This document shows positions 47,980 to 55,864 of a DNA stretch of 64,000 nt, piece by piece; the stretch's first letter is position 1; every line of letters starts with the position of its first letter. The notes below the pieces were generated by a model. That model was not told the origin of the DNA, did not search any database, and saw only the letters and a program-made list of their open reading frames with translations. The translations under genes were made by a program, and so were the position numbers. The stretch spans positions 1-64,000 of IMG/VR virus record IMGVR_UViG_3300027721_000009. One strand, written 5' to 3'. The DNA comes from a virus. Its lineage: Duplodnaviria; Heunggongvirae; Uroviricota; Caudoviricetes.

Positions 47980-48064
47980 GGAAGGTTGGCAGAGAGGCTA
48001 ATTGCCGCTGTTTCGAAAGCAGATGGGTGTAAAAACCACACAGGTTCAAATCCTGTACCTTCCG
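47980..48064 (+). tRNA. tRNA-Ser (CGA), type II
   Basis: Hand-folded; loop TTCGAAA. Confidence 0.55.
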
Positions 48065-48073
48065 CCAGACAAT

Positions 48074-48147
48074 GCGAGTGTGATGTAACTGGCAAACGTG
48101 ATCGGCTCAAACCCGATTTTTTGTGGGTTCGAATCCCACCACTCGCA
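48074..48147 (+). tRNA. tRNA with Leu-type anticodon CAA (74 nt, class I length)
   Basis: Perfect anticodon stem ATCGG/CCGAT, loop CTCAAAC. Confidence 0.55.
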
Positions 48148-48154
48148 CCAATAC

Positions 48155-48228
48155 GCGCCTATGACGGAACAGGCATACGTCTAACGTTGAGAACGTTAGT
48201 TTTGTGGGTTCGAATCCCACTAGGCGCA
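48155..48228 (+). tRNA. tRNA with Leu-type anticodon GAG (74 nt, class I length)
   Basis: Perfect anticodon stem TAACG/CGTTA, loop TTGAGAA. Confidence 0.55.
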
Positions 48229-48325
48229 CCAAACATTGAGAGTATGGAAATTACTCAATGAAATTGGACTAGGTGAGGATGGAACGTTGCTAGTACGTAC
48301 ACGGAATACCATAACTGTTTAGTCG

Positions 48326-48495
48326 CCGGAACCATAACCGGAACAATTTACTGAGTCGAGCTAACGCAGGCAACTGAGGAAGTTCGCGACTCTCGCCAAG
48401 GTCGCGTGGGAGGCTAACGCCGTCTAACCACCGTGACACAGAGAGCAACACAAACAGAACGTGGGAAACCTTGGCTTATACGTTCGGGTTGTGGC
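48326..48495 (+). ncRNA. RNase P RNA-like element, apparently miniaturised (catalytic-domain motifs present, specificity-domain region missing)
   Basis: In order: GAGGAAGUUCG (48376; compare E. coli GAGGAAAGUCCGG), GGCUAACGCC (48412; compare GGUAACGCC), ACAGAGAGCAA (48438; exact 11-mer of M1 RNA), ACAGAAC...GGCUUAU (48454-48479; compare ACAGAACCCGGCUUAU). Terminal helix CCAUAACCGGAAC (48332) with GUUCGGGUUGUGG (48482). Confidence 0.45.
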
Positions 48496-48637
48496 AAAGA
48501 TGAATGTTAGCATAGAACAGAATCGCGGCTACGGACTCAGTAATTTCAATAGCTGACCCATACGTGTCGAAAGCTCTTTAGGCAAGACTTGCGGAAGTCG
48601 AAATACGCAAGTTAGACGGTGGGTTGGCGGTACCTAT

Positions 48638-48711
48638 ACCCTTGTAGTTTCAACGGACAGAACACCCCGGTCCTAACGGGTCCAATGCAGGTTCGAATCC
48701 TGTCGAGGGTA
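48638..48711 (+). tRNA. tRNA-Arg (CCT)
   Basis: Hand-folded; loop GTCCTAA; 4-bp anticodon stem. Confidence 0.55.
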
Positions 48712-48722
48712 CCACATATTCG

Positions 48723-48793
48723 CTGTCATCGTATAATGGCTATTACGGATGTTTCGTAAGCATCCTATCTCAGTTCGACTCTGAGTGACAGCA
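48723..48793 (+). tRNA. tRNA-Thr (CGT)
   Basis: Hand-folded; loop TTCGTAA. Confidence 0.65.
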
Positions 48794-48800
48794 CCAGTTT

Positions 48801-48885
48801 GGAAGACTAACTCAACAAGGTTGGGACTCGCCTTGAAAGCGATGGGATGCCTAACGGCATTGGGGCGCGATACCTCAGTCTTCCG
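48801..48885 (+). tRNA. tRNA-Ser (TGA), type II, with non-canonical T-loop CGCGATA
   Basis: Acceptor GGAAGAC/GTCTTCC; loop CTTGAAA. Confidence 0.5.
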
Positions 48886-48964
48886 CCAAGTTAGGGGAAA
48901 CTTTCAGCAAATCAAACAAACTTTACCTGTAATAAAGCAAAAGCGTTTCCCGCCAAATTAGAAA

Positions 48965-49029
48965 GCGTACAGCAAACCAAAATTCTCTACGAAAGACCTA
49001 GACCGGTTCGACTCCGGAATGCTCCACCA
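48965..49029 (+). other. tRNA-like 3' module (T-arm CCGG-TTCGACT-CCGG + CCA) without a matching 5' half
   Basis: Preceded by the CAGCAAACCAA motif shared with 32570/32815, and by a GGGAAAC...GUUUCCC-GCCA minihelix at 48897-48957. Confidence 0.3.
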
Positions 49030-49123
49030 ATGCGAAGGGGCTTTAGTGTAACGGCAGCACATGAAAAAACGCTTTCTGTCTTTCCTAAATAGCCCTATAG
49101 TTTCGACTTTGAGGGCTATCCCA

Positions 49124-49441
49124 ATGACCACAAAATTCTCTCCCATGACCATCCTAGGGTCTGTCATGTCGCTCGCGGCATTCGCAAGCCTTGTGATCGG
49201 GTTCAATTCCTACTTCATGCCCCGCGCCGAAGCCGACGAAATCATCGGTAAGGTGACACGGCAGCAACAGGTAGACCGCGTGGAGACTGACCTCACCGTG
49301 ATCGAACTGGAAATGAAGTTTCTAGAAGAGACTCTGGAAGACGATCCGGACAACGCGAAGGCGCGGAAGCGTCTGGAATATCTAGAGAAGCGTCTTCTGG
49401 TTCTGGAAGAGTACCAGTTAGAGCTACAGAGCGGCGACTAA
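49124..49441 (+). CDS. membrane-anchored coiled-coil protein
   Basis: N-terminal TM segment then heptad-rich region. The upstream part of the listed ORF overlaps a tRNA-like D-arm and a hairpin, so the start was moved to the ATG at 49124. Confidence 0.4.
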   Translation: MTTKFSPMTILGSVMSLAAFASLVIGFNSYFMPRAEADEIIGKVTRQQQVDRVETDLTVIELEMKFLEETLEDDPDNAKARKRLEYLEKRLLVLEEYQLELQSGD

Positions 49442-49485
49442 ATACTACACTGATATCAATCTAATTGCCAAAGGATCCAACCACC

Positions 49486-50601
49486 ATGCTACGCTTCAAA
49501 GAACACCTGATTGAGAAAGAGATTTCGGAGTATGCCTACACGTTTGAGGATTTCGTCGCCCTAGGCGAGCAGTCCTTGGATGAAATGAAGCTGACCGATA
49601 TTCCTGTCAAGGTTGAGGGTCCGAAGGCTAATCGCGAAGCAACCCCGGCTCATGGCGTTCCTACCGAGAAGCAGAAGGGTGGCAACCACTGGCAGAAGCT
49701 CCGCAAGGGTGCTGCGTCTTACTTCTCTAAGTCTCCCGAAGAGCAGAAGAAAGCTCATGAGGAAGCGCATAAGGTTCTAGGTCACACGGCTCTAATGGGT
49801 GACGAAGCATCTAACCCGAAGCTAGCCAAGAGCGGTAAGACGATGCCTGAGTTCCGTACTAAGGGACTCACCCTAGCACCGTCCACCCATTCCGGCATCG
49901 ACGTATGCCCTAACGCATCCTCTGAGTGTAAGGCAAGCTGCCTAGGCTCCGAAGCCGGTCGCGCACACATGGCAAAGGATGCGCGAGTCAAGCGTACCCA
50001 CAAGTTGTTTGACCATCCAGAACACTTCTACGCCAAGCTCGACCATGAGATTTCCTCTGCGAAGAGCGCGGCACACAAGGCAGGGCAGAAGCTAGCCGTA
50101 AGACTGAACGTGGCTTCCGACGTTCCGCATGAGCATCTTGCTCGCGGTCTGTTCGACAAGCACAAGGACGTTCACTTCTACGACTATACGAAGATCACCG
50201 GTCGCGCCAATCACGCGAAGAAGCCTGACAACTATCACCTGACGCTATCCTCGACGGGATTGAACCACAAGGAAAGCAACTGGTCGCACGTTCGGAAGCA
50301 TTTGGACAAGGGTGGTGTGGCAGCAATGGCATTCCACATCAATGCGAAGAGCCACGCAGGAAAGGCAACAGCCCTACCGTCGCATGTGCATGATGAAGAG
50401 ACAGGAAAGAAGTATCGCGTGATTGATGGTGACGAACACGATCATCGTCACTTGGACAAAGCCTACCATGGCATCGGAGAACACGAAGGCGTGATTGCCG
50501 GTCTTAAGTTTAAGGGCGGCGAAGGTAACATGGAGAAGGCAGGCAACTTTGCGGTGAAGCATGAAGGCGGCATTGCGGTTGCGAAGAAAGGGCAGAACTA
50601 A
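49486..50601 (+). CDS. hypothetical His/Lys-rich protein
   Basis: ATG at 49486 (TTG at 49465 is an alternative). Confidence 0.5.
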   Translation: MLRFKEHLIEKEISEYAYTFEDFVALGEQSLDEMKLTDIPVKVEGPKANREATPAHGVPTEKQKGGNHWQKLRKGAASYFSKSPEEQKKAHEEAHKVLGHTALMGDEASNPKLAKSGKTMPEFRTKGLTLAPSTHSGIDVCPNASSECKASCLGSEAGRAHMAKDARVKRTHKLFDHPEHFYAKLDHEISSAKSAAHKAGQKLAVRLNVASDVPHEHLARGLFDKHKDVHFYDYTKITGRANHAKKPDNYHLTLSSTGLNHKESNWSHVRKHLDKGGVAAMAFHINAKSHAGKATALPSHVHDEETGKKYRVIDGDEHDHRHLDKAYHGIGEHEGVIAGLKFKGGEGNMEKAGNFAVKHEGGIAVAKKGQN

Positions 50602-50613
50602 GTCAAATTAGTC

Positions 50614-50642
50614 TTGCCATCCGGGGCAGGACATGATATAAT
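50614..50642 (+). promoter_or_regulatory. sigma70-like promoter TTGCCA-N17-TATAAT
   Basis: Read from the sequence. Confidence 0.5.
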
Positions 50643-50676
50643 GATCTTGCTTCTAATATGAAGAAGAGTAAGTGTT

Positions 50677-51255
50677 ATGACGGCTACAGCAGTTCAAATT
50701 CTAATCGCAGACAGCGCAGGCAACCCTAAAGATTGGGTTACGCTCGACTATGCATCCCATTACCTCGCATCCGATAAGGTTGTGTGGCAAGCCGGTTCGG
50801 TTGTCAAGACCTATCGCGGCGGTTTCAACCATGTGACCGGACTGCGTTCGACTCTGGACATTCACTCCATTCTCGGTATCTCCGGTAAGTTGCTAGGCGA
50901 CAAGTTCTTCACCAGAACGACCGTCTACACGGATCGTGAGATTCTGTACGCTCGCGACAGATACCTCTGTGCGTACTGCGGCGACGAGTTCAATGCTTAC
51001 AAGCTAACCATTGACCACGTTCATCCTCAGTCTCGCGGTGGTAAGAACGTCTGGCAGAACTGCGTCACCGCATGTAAGACTTGTAACCACAAGAAGGGTG
51101 ACAAGACTCCGGAAGAGGCAAAGATGCCATTGCTCTATGTGCCATACGCGCCAAACATGTTCGAAAAGATGATTCTAAAGAATCGCAACATCCTTTCGGA
51201 TCAGATGGACTTCCTCAAGGCGCGGGTTCCTAAGACTTCCAGAGTCTTCCTGTAA
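50677..51255 (+). CDS. HNH endonuclease
   Basis: C-terminal CAYCGDEF...LTIDHVHP...NCVTACKTCNHKKGDK HNH/zinc motif. Confidence 0.75.
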   Translation: MTATAVQILIADSAGNPKDWVTLDYASHYLASDKVVWQAGSVVKTYRGGFNHVTGLRSTLDIHSILGISGKLLGDKFFTRTTVYTDREILYARDRYLCAYCGDEFNAYKLTIDHVHPQSRGGKNVWQNCVTACKTCNHKKGDKTPEEAKMPLLYVPYAPNMFEKMILKNRNILSDQMDFLKARVPKTSRVFL

Positions 51256-51406
51256 GCCGTTCGGCAGGCTCCCTAGGCTACCCTACCGGTGCCTAGGTGC
51301 GCCTCACCAGAGGCTTCCTAGAGCGTTCTAGGGCATATCGTAAGTCATTGATTTGTAAGGGGTTGGGAAGGTTGACTTCCCGCCCCTTTTTGCTTATAAT
51401 GGTTGT
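51255..51406 (+). repeat. intergenic repeat element, copy 4 (CCCTAGGCTACCC inverted sub-motif at 51275-51287, palindrome CCTAGAGCGTTCTAGG, CGTAAGTCATTGATT at 51339-51353)
   Basis: Sequence comparison with the other copies. Confidence 0.65.
51372..51400 (+). promoter_or_regulatory. sigma70-like promoter TTGACT-N17-TATAAT; predicted TSS at about the ATG 51407 (leaderless)
   Basis: Read from the sequence. Confidence 0.55.
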
Positions 51407-51763
51407 ATGACTGATCATCACACTCCATTCTGGATTGAAGGGCTGTACGTTCTCAACGAGGGCGAGCTTGCCCGTCAGACTCTTACCGAGACTCGCATCT
51501 ATCGCGGCAACGATCCGCGATGCGTAATTCTCGGCGGCGATGCCTATTGGCAGTGGAGCGAGTTCGGTCCCTACAGAAACCACAATCAGGGTTTTTGTTG
51601 GACTCAGGCTCTTCACGATGGACTTGAGGGTTGGCATTCGACCATCTTCCATGCGGACGAGAATCCCCGATTCTGTGTGCATCCGCAGCATCCCGACTAT
51701 GCGCACGTTGCGCGGATTTGGGATTTGGTCAACGCGAACGTGTTCGTTCCGAAGGATTGGTAA
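51407..51763 (+). CDS. hypothetical protein
   Basis: 118-aa ORF beginning at the predicted TSS. Confidence 0.45.
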   Translation: MTDHHTPFWIEGLYVLNEGELARQTLTETRIYRGNDPRCVILGGDAYWQWSEFGPYRNHNQGFCWTQALHDGLEGWHSTIFHADENPRFCVHPQHPDYAHVARIWDLVNANVFVPKDW

Positions 51764-51767
51764 GATT

Positions 51768-52220
51768 ATGGCTATCCTATATATTGTGAGGGGCGTGTCC
51801 GGTTCGGGCAAGTCTACTCTGGCTCGCGAAATGGCATCTAAGCTTGGCTTGGAACACTATGAAGCGGACCAGTGGTTTGAGCGGGATGGAGTCTACAACT
51901 TCGATCCTCGCGAACTACAGAATGCGCACGCGGCTTGCTTGGAAAATGCAATGTACGCTATGCGACATTTGGGCGGGTGTATCGTGTCCAACACGTTCAC
52001 TCGCCTTTGGGAGATGCGAAACTATCTCGACTTTGCCGCAGAACTCGGCTGTCAGATTCGCATCATAACGTGCCGTGGGCAGTATCAGAATACGCACGGC
52101 TTGAGTGACAAGGACGTTGAAAAGCAGCGTGCGCGTTTCCAGAGCAATCTACAGATTGCCAAGGAATTGCAGTATGATCGGCAACGGTTCGGAATGATCG
52201 TCTTTTCGAACCATGGATAA
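51768..52220 (+). CDS. P-loop kinase of the polynucleotide kinase (Pnk) N-terminal-domain type
   Basis: LYIVRGVSGSGKSTLARE Walker A at the extreme N-terminus, as in T4 Pnk; about 150 aa. Confidence 0.55.
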   Translation: MAILYIVRGVSGSGKSTLAREMASKLGLEHYEADQWFERDGVYNFDPRELQNAHAACLENAMYAMRHLGGCIVSNTFTRLWEMRNYLDFAAELGCQIRIITCRGQYQNTHGLSDKDVEKQRARFQSNLQIAKELQYDRQRFGMIVFSNHG

Positions 52221-53109
52221 TGAAATGCACTTAGTTGATAGACAGTTGCGTGAGTTTGCTGAGTCCCATCCGGACTTAGTTTCCGTTCGCATGTCAGTTC
52301 GCCATCCGCGTCTGCGAGTGGTGAAGTACAAGCCGAAGGTTTTCTACAAGGCACTCTGGACTCCTGAGTTGTGCGAAATGCGCGGCTTAGTTGTGGACGA
52401 GGATTGGAACGTCATCGTGCGCCCTTTCCGCAAGATCTTCAACCGCTTCGAATCCGGTACCGATTTCCCGTTGGATGCCGAAGTTGCGGCTGCGCGTAAG
52501 GTCAACGGCTTCATGGCAGCGTTGACGATGGATGATGAATACGGCTTGATTGTTTCGACAACGGGTTCGTTGGATTCGCCATTCGTTACCATGGCTGAGA
52601 AGTATCTGCTGCCGTTGAAGGATTCCGGTCTGATCAACGGTGTTACGTATCTCTTCGAAATCGTGGATCCAGAGGATCCGCACATTGTCGAAGAGAAGGT
52701 TGGCGCATACCTGATTGGTGCGCGTGCGGTCTGTTCAAAGATCACGCTCCTAGAGTGTGACCTAGACGAGATTGCAAAGGGAATGGGTGTGTTGCGTCCG
52801 GAATGGAAGCGTGCATCGTTTCGCGAGATAGTCGAAGAGACTAAGACTTGCAAGCATGAGGGATTCGTTTGCTACAACGTAGAGAACGGACATGCTCTTA
52901 AGATCAAGTCTCCATACTATCTGGTTAAGAAGTTCTTCGCTCGCGTGCGTGCGGAGAAGCTAACGGCAGATTGGCTACAGGCTAATCGCCACAACTTTGA
53001 TGAAGAGTTTTACGGATTGATTGACTATATCTCGGACAACCGGGATCAGTTCACCACAATGGATCAAGAGGGGCGCAAGTCCTTCATCGAACACTTTTTG
53101 TCGTTATGA
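52213..53109 (+). CDS. ATP-dependent RNA ligase-like nucleotidyltransferase
   Basis: Motif I KVNGF (K-x-N/D-G), motif IV EGFV, motif V LKIKS. Confidence 0.5.
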   Translation: MDNEMHLVDRQLREFAESHPDLVSVRMSVRHPRLRVVKYKPKVFYKALWTPELCEMRGLVVDEDWNVIVRPFRKIFNRFESGTDFPLDAEVAAARKVNGFMAALTMDDEYGLIVSTTGSLDSPFVTMAEKYLLPLKDSGLINGVTYLFEIVDPEDPHIVEEKVGAYLIGARAVCSKITLLECDLDEIAKGMGVLRPEWKRASFREIVEETKTCKHEGFVCYNVENGHALKIKSPYYLVKKFFARVRAEKLTADWLQANRHNFDEEFYGLIDYISDNRDQFTTMDQEGRKSFIEHFLSL

Positions 53110-53738
53110 CTGAACATTTAGGTATATGGATCGGGCAGAATGTGGTGTCTGTCCGCTTCCCTGAGAGAGAAAGAAAAGTGGAAAAGATTTGGTTTACTTC
53201 CGATACTCATTTCGGACACAAGAACATTTTGAAGTTTTGCCCTAACTCCCGTCCTGTGAAGGACGTTGAAGAGCATGATGAACGATTGATTCGCAACTGG
53301 CAAGAGCAAGTTGCGCCGCATGATCGCGTCTATCACTTGGGCGACTTTTTCTTCTGCAACGGCGACCGAGCGCGTAAGATCCTCGACCGTCTGCCGGGAC
53401 AGATTCACTTCATTCACGGCAACCACGATAAGGTGATTTCGTCTAACCACGATATCCGCTCGCGGTTCGTTTCCGTGTCCGACTACAAGGAACTGCGGAT
53501 TGACGAAATCAAGGTCTGCCTGTTCCACTTCCCGATTTACGAGTGGCATCATATCCACTACGGATCGTTCCATCTGTACGGTCACGTTCACGGCTCCGTA
53601 CAGGTACCGGGTCGCGCAATGGACGTAGGCGTGGATACCCGTCCCGGTGGAGACATGAAGCTTTGGTCTTGGCAAGAGGTCAAGGCAAAGCTATCGGCGC
53701 GTGAGGTTCGCACTCACCACAACAACGTGAGAATGTAA
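53106..53738 (+). CDS. calcineurin-like metallophosphoesterase (candidate RNA 2',3'-end phosphatase)
   Basis: SDTHFGH...GDFF...GNHD...GHVHG metal-binding blocks. Confidence 0.65.
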   Translation: MTEHLGIWIGQNVVSVRFPERERKVEKIWFTSDTHFGHKNILKFCPNSRPVKDVEEHDERLIRNWQEQVAPHDRVYHLGDFFFCNGDRARKILDRLPGQIHFIHGNHDKVISSNHDIRSRFVSVSDYKELRIDEIKVCLFHFPIYEWHHIHYGSFHLYGHVHGSVQVPGRAMDVGVDTRPGGDMKLWSWQEVKAKLSAREVRTHHNNVRM

Positions 53739-53739
53739 C

Positions 53740-54063
53740 ATGAGCTTAGACGTATACTTGAAGAAAGTGATGCCAACCGAAATCTATTCGGACAACATCA
53801 CTCACAACCTCGCGCCCATGGCGAAGCAAGCCGGTATCTACGAAGTCCTCTGGCGACCAGAAGACCTCGGACTCAAATATGCGCGAGACTTGATTCCGTT
53901 CCTTGAAACGGGATTGCTTGAGTTGTCTCGGCATCCGGAACTCTACGAGCAGTTGAACCCCGCGAATGGGTGGGGCAACTATGTCGGCTTGAAGGTATTC
54001 GTTCGCGAGTACCTAGAAGCCTGCCGTGCGAATCCGGATGCGGAGGTAGAGGTTTCACGATGA
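53740..54063 (+). CDS. hypothetical protein
   Basis: 107-aa ORF. Confidence 0.4.
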   Translation: MSLDVYLKKVMPTEIYSDNITHNLAPMAKQAGIYEVLWRPEDLGLKYARDLIPFLETGLLELSRHPELYEQLNPANGWGNYVGLKVFVREYLEACRANPDAEVEVSR

Positions 54064-54293
54064 ACAAGAATGAAGCAATCGAAGAGTGTAACAGATACCT
54101 CGCACGCAACGAAGCGCAACGCGCCCGTTCGGTAAGACTACAAGAGTTGGCGAGCATGGCGCGTAACGGTAAGCCAGAAGAGGCGAAGCGTGCGCTGCGC
54201 GAGCTAGACGCAGACCGCATGAACCTGACAGTTTATGACGGTGCGAATCTAGAATTAGCCATCAAAACACTGCTAAAACTCGTAAGTGCTTGA
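54060..54293 (+). CDS. hypothetical protein
   Basis: ATG at 54060 (MNKNEAIEE). Confidence 0.4.
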   Translation: MNKNEAIEECNRYLARNEAQRARSVRLQELASMARNGKPEEAKRALRELDADRMNLTVYDGANLELAIKTLLKLVSA

Positions 54294-54348
54294 ACTAAAA
54301 GGTGTTCTAATAGTTGCGTTTTTCGATGTTAAGTGAGACAATAATAGT

Positions 54349-55239
54349 ATGAGTAAAGCATTCAAACCGATTCTTGCCGGTAAGTTCGACGCGAGCAAGC
54401 AGAAATTCCCGGTACTCGCATCCGCAAAGCTCGACGGCGTGCGGTGTATCGTCATTGACGGCGTGGCAATGTCGCGCAGTCTCAAGCCGATTCCGAATGA
54501 ATTCGTTCAGAAGCAAATCGGCAAAGCCAAGTACAACGGACTCGACGGCGAACTCATGGTAGGATTCGTCGGCGGCAAGGATGTTTACCGCAATACCGTT
54601 TCGGCAGTCATGTCCGAAGACGGCACGCCTGCGTTCACCTTTTGGGTGTTCGACAAGGTTCCGCAGAATCCAGAACGCGCCGAAGGCTATGCCGACCGGC
54701 TTGCGTCAATCCAGAAGTTCGACGGCGACGGCGCAATCAAGGTGCTGCCGCATACACTGATCAAGGATATGGACTCGCTCGACCGGTTCGAAGCGAAGCA
54801 ACTTGAGCGTGGCTTGGAAGGCGTGATTCTTCGCGCCCCGAAGGGTCCGTACAAGTTCGGCAGATCGTCCACCAACGAAGGCACGCTACTGAAACTCAAG
54901 CGATTCGAAGACTCCGAAGCTGAGATTATCGGCGTGGAAGAGTTGCTTTCCAATCAGAACGATGCGAACAAGAATGCCCTCGGTCACACTGAGCGCAGTT
55001 CGCACAAGGCTAACATGGTGCCAATGGGAACCATGGGCGCACTCAACGTTCGCGACCTCAAGAGCAAGGTGGAATTCTCCATCGGCACCGGTTTCGATGC
55101 GGACACCCGCGCCGAATTCTGGAAGACGCGCAAGAGCGTCATCGGCAAGATCGTGAAGTACAAGTATTTCGCGAGCGGTTCGAAAGACAAGCCGCGTTTC
55201 CCGGTCTTCCTCGGCTTCCGTGACAAGAGGGACATGTAA
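54349..55239 (+). CDS. ATP-dependent DNA ligase (small, T7-like)
   Basis: Motif I KLDGVR, EGVILR, LKLK, plus a C-terminal OB-like region. Confidence 0.7.
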   Translation: MSKAFKPILAGKFDASKQKFPVLASAKLDGVRCIVIDGVAMSRSLKPIPNEFVQKQIGKAKYNGLDGELMVGFVGGKDVYRNTVSAVMSEDGTPAFTFWVFDKVPQNPERAEGYADRLASIQKFDGDGAIKVLPHTLIKDMDSLDRFEAKQLERGLEGVILRAPKGPYKFGRSSTNEGTLLKLKRFEDSEAEIIGVEELLSNQNDANKNALGHTERSSHKANMVPMGTMGALNVRDLKSKVEFSIGTGFDADTRAEFWKTRKSVIGKIVKYKYFASGSKDKPRFPVFLGFRDKRDM

Positions 55240-55409
55240 TGGAATGGCTTCTAATCCTGCTTGCAATCCCGGTAGCACTCGGAATCGCAGCCGCAATCGT
55301 GTGGTTCTGTGTTAAGGTCTTTTGGGTTATCGGTGTAATCGTGTTCCATGTTGCTATGATTGTTCTGGCAATCGCAGCATTCGTTGGGCTAATAATTCTA
55401 CTGACATGA
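55239..55409 (+). CDS. small two-TM membrane protein (56 aa)
   Basis: TAATG start overlap and ATGA stop overlap. Confidence 0.35.
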   Translation: MEWLLILLAIPVALGIAAAIVWFCVKVFWVIGVIVFHVAMIVLAIAAFVGLIILLT

Positions 55410-55864
55410 TCATCACAATCCTAGCATGGTTCACCGTCGTCGGTCTGCCAATTCTAGGATTGGTGGGTATCTGGTTTCTCTGGAAAAAGATCTTTCCCAA
55501 ACCGATTGACCCGCCTGCGCCGCTACATGATCTGAGATACTCTTACACCGCGCCGCCGCCTGACTACGTGGAGCCTACTGTTACTATGACTACATCAAAA
55601 GACATGCCCGATTGGACTTCAATAAACGAGGAAGCGTTCCTAGAAGGTGAAGATGATCCTGTAGTGGACTGTCGCAAGATCGTGGATCCCGGCACTCGCG
55701 TCTGGCGTATCTATCGCAGCGTAGACCGAATCCATTGGGCTGAGTGTGACCCTGCACTGACTGAACGCGCAGCCTGTAACTACGCAGACTACATAAAGAG
55801 AAGCAACCCCGAAGAGTTCGTGCGTTGCAATGATCCAAACGGCGTGATTCTCTTCTATGAATAA
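55406..55864 (+). CDS. membrane-anchored hypothetical protein
   Basis: ATG at 55406 (MIITILAWF). Confidence 0.45.
   Translation: MIITILAWFTVVGLPILGLVGIWFLWKKIFPKPIDPPAPLHDLRYSYTAPPPDYVEPTVTMTTSKDMPDWTSINEEAFLEGEDDPVVDCRKIVDPGTRVWRIYRSVDRIHWAECDPALTERAACNYADYIKRSNPEEFVRCNDPNGVILFYE

Noticed and set aside
48965-49029. tmRNA (ssrA) hypothesis for the T-arm/ACCA module
   Set aside because: No tag reading frame ending in a degradation-tag-like peptide and no GGGGCUG-type 5' acceptor partner found nearby. Kept only as a generic tRNA-like module.
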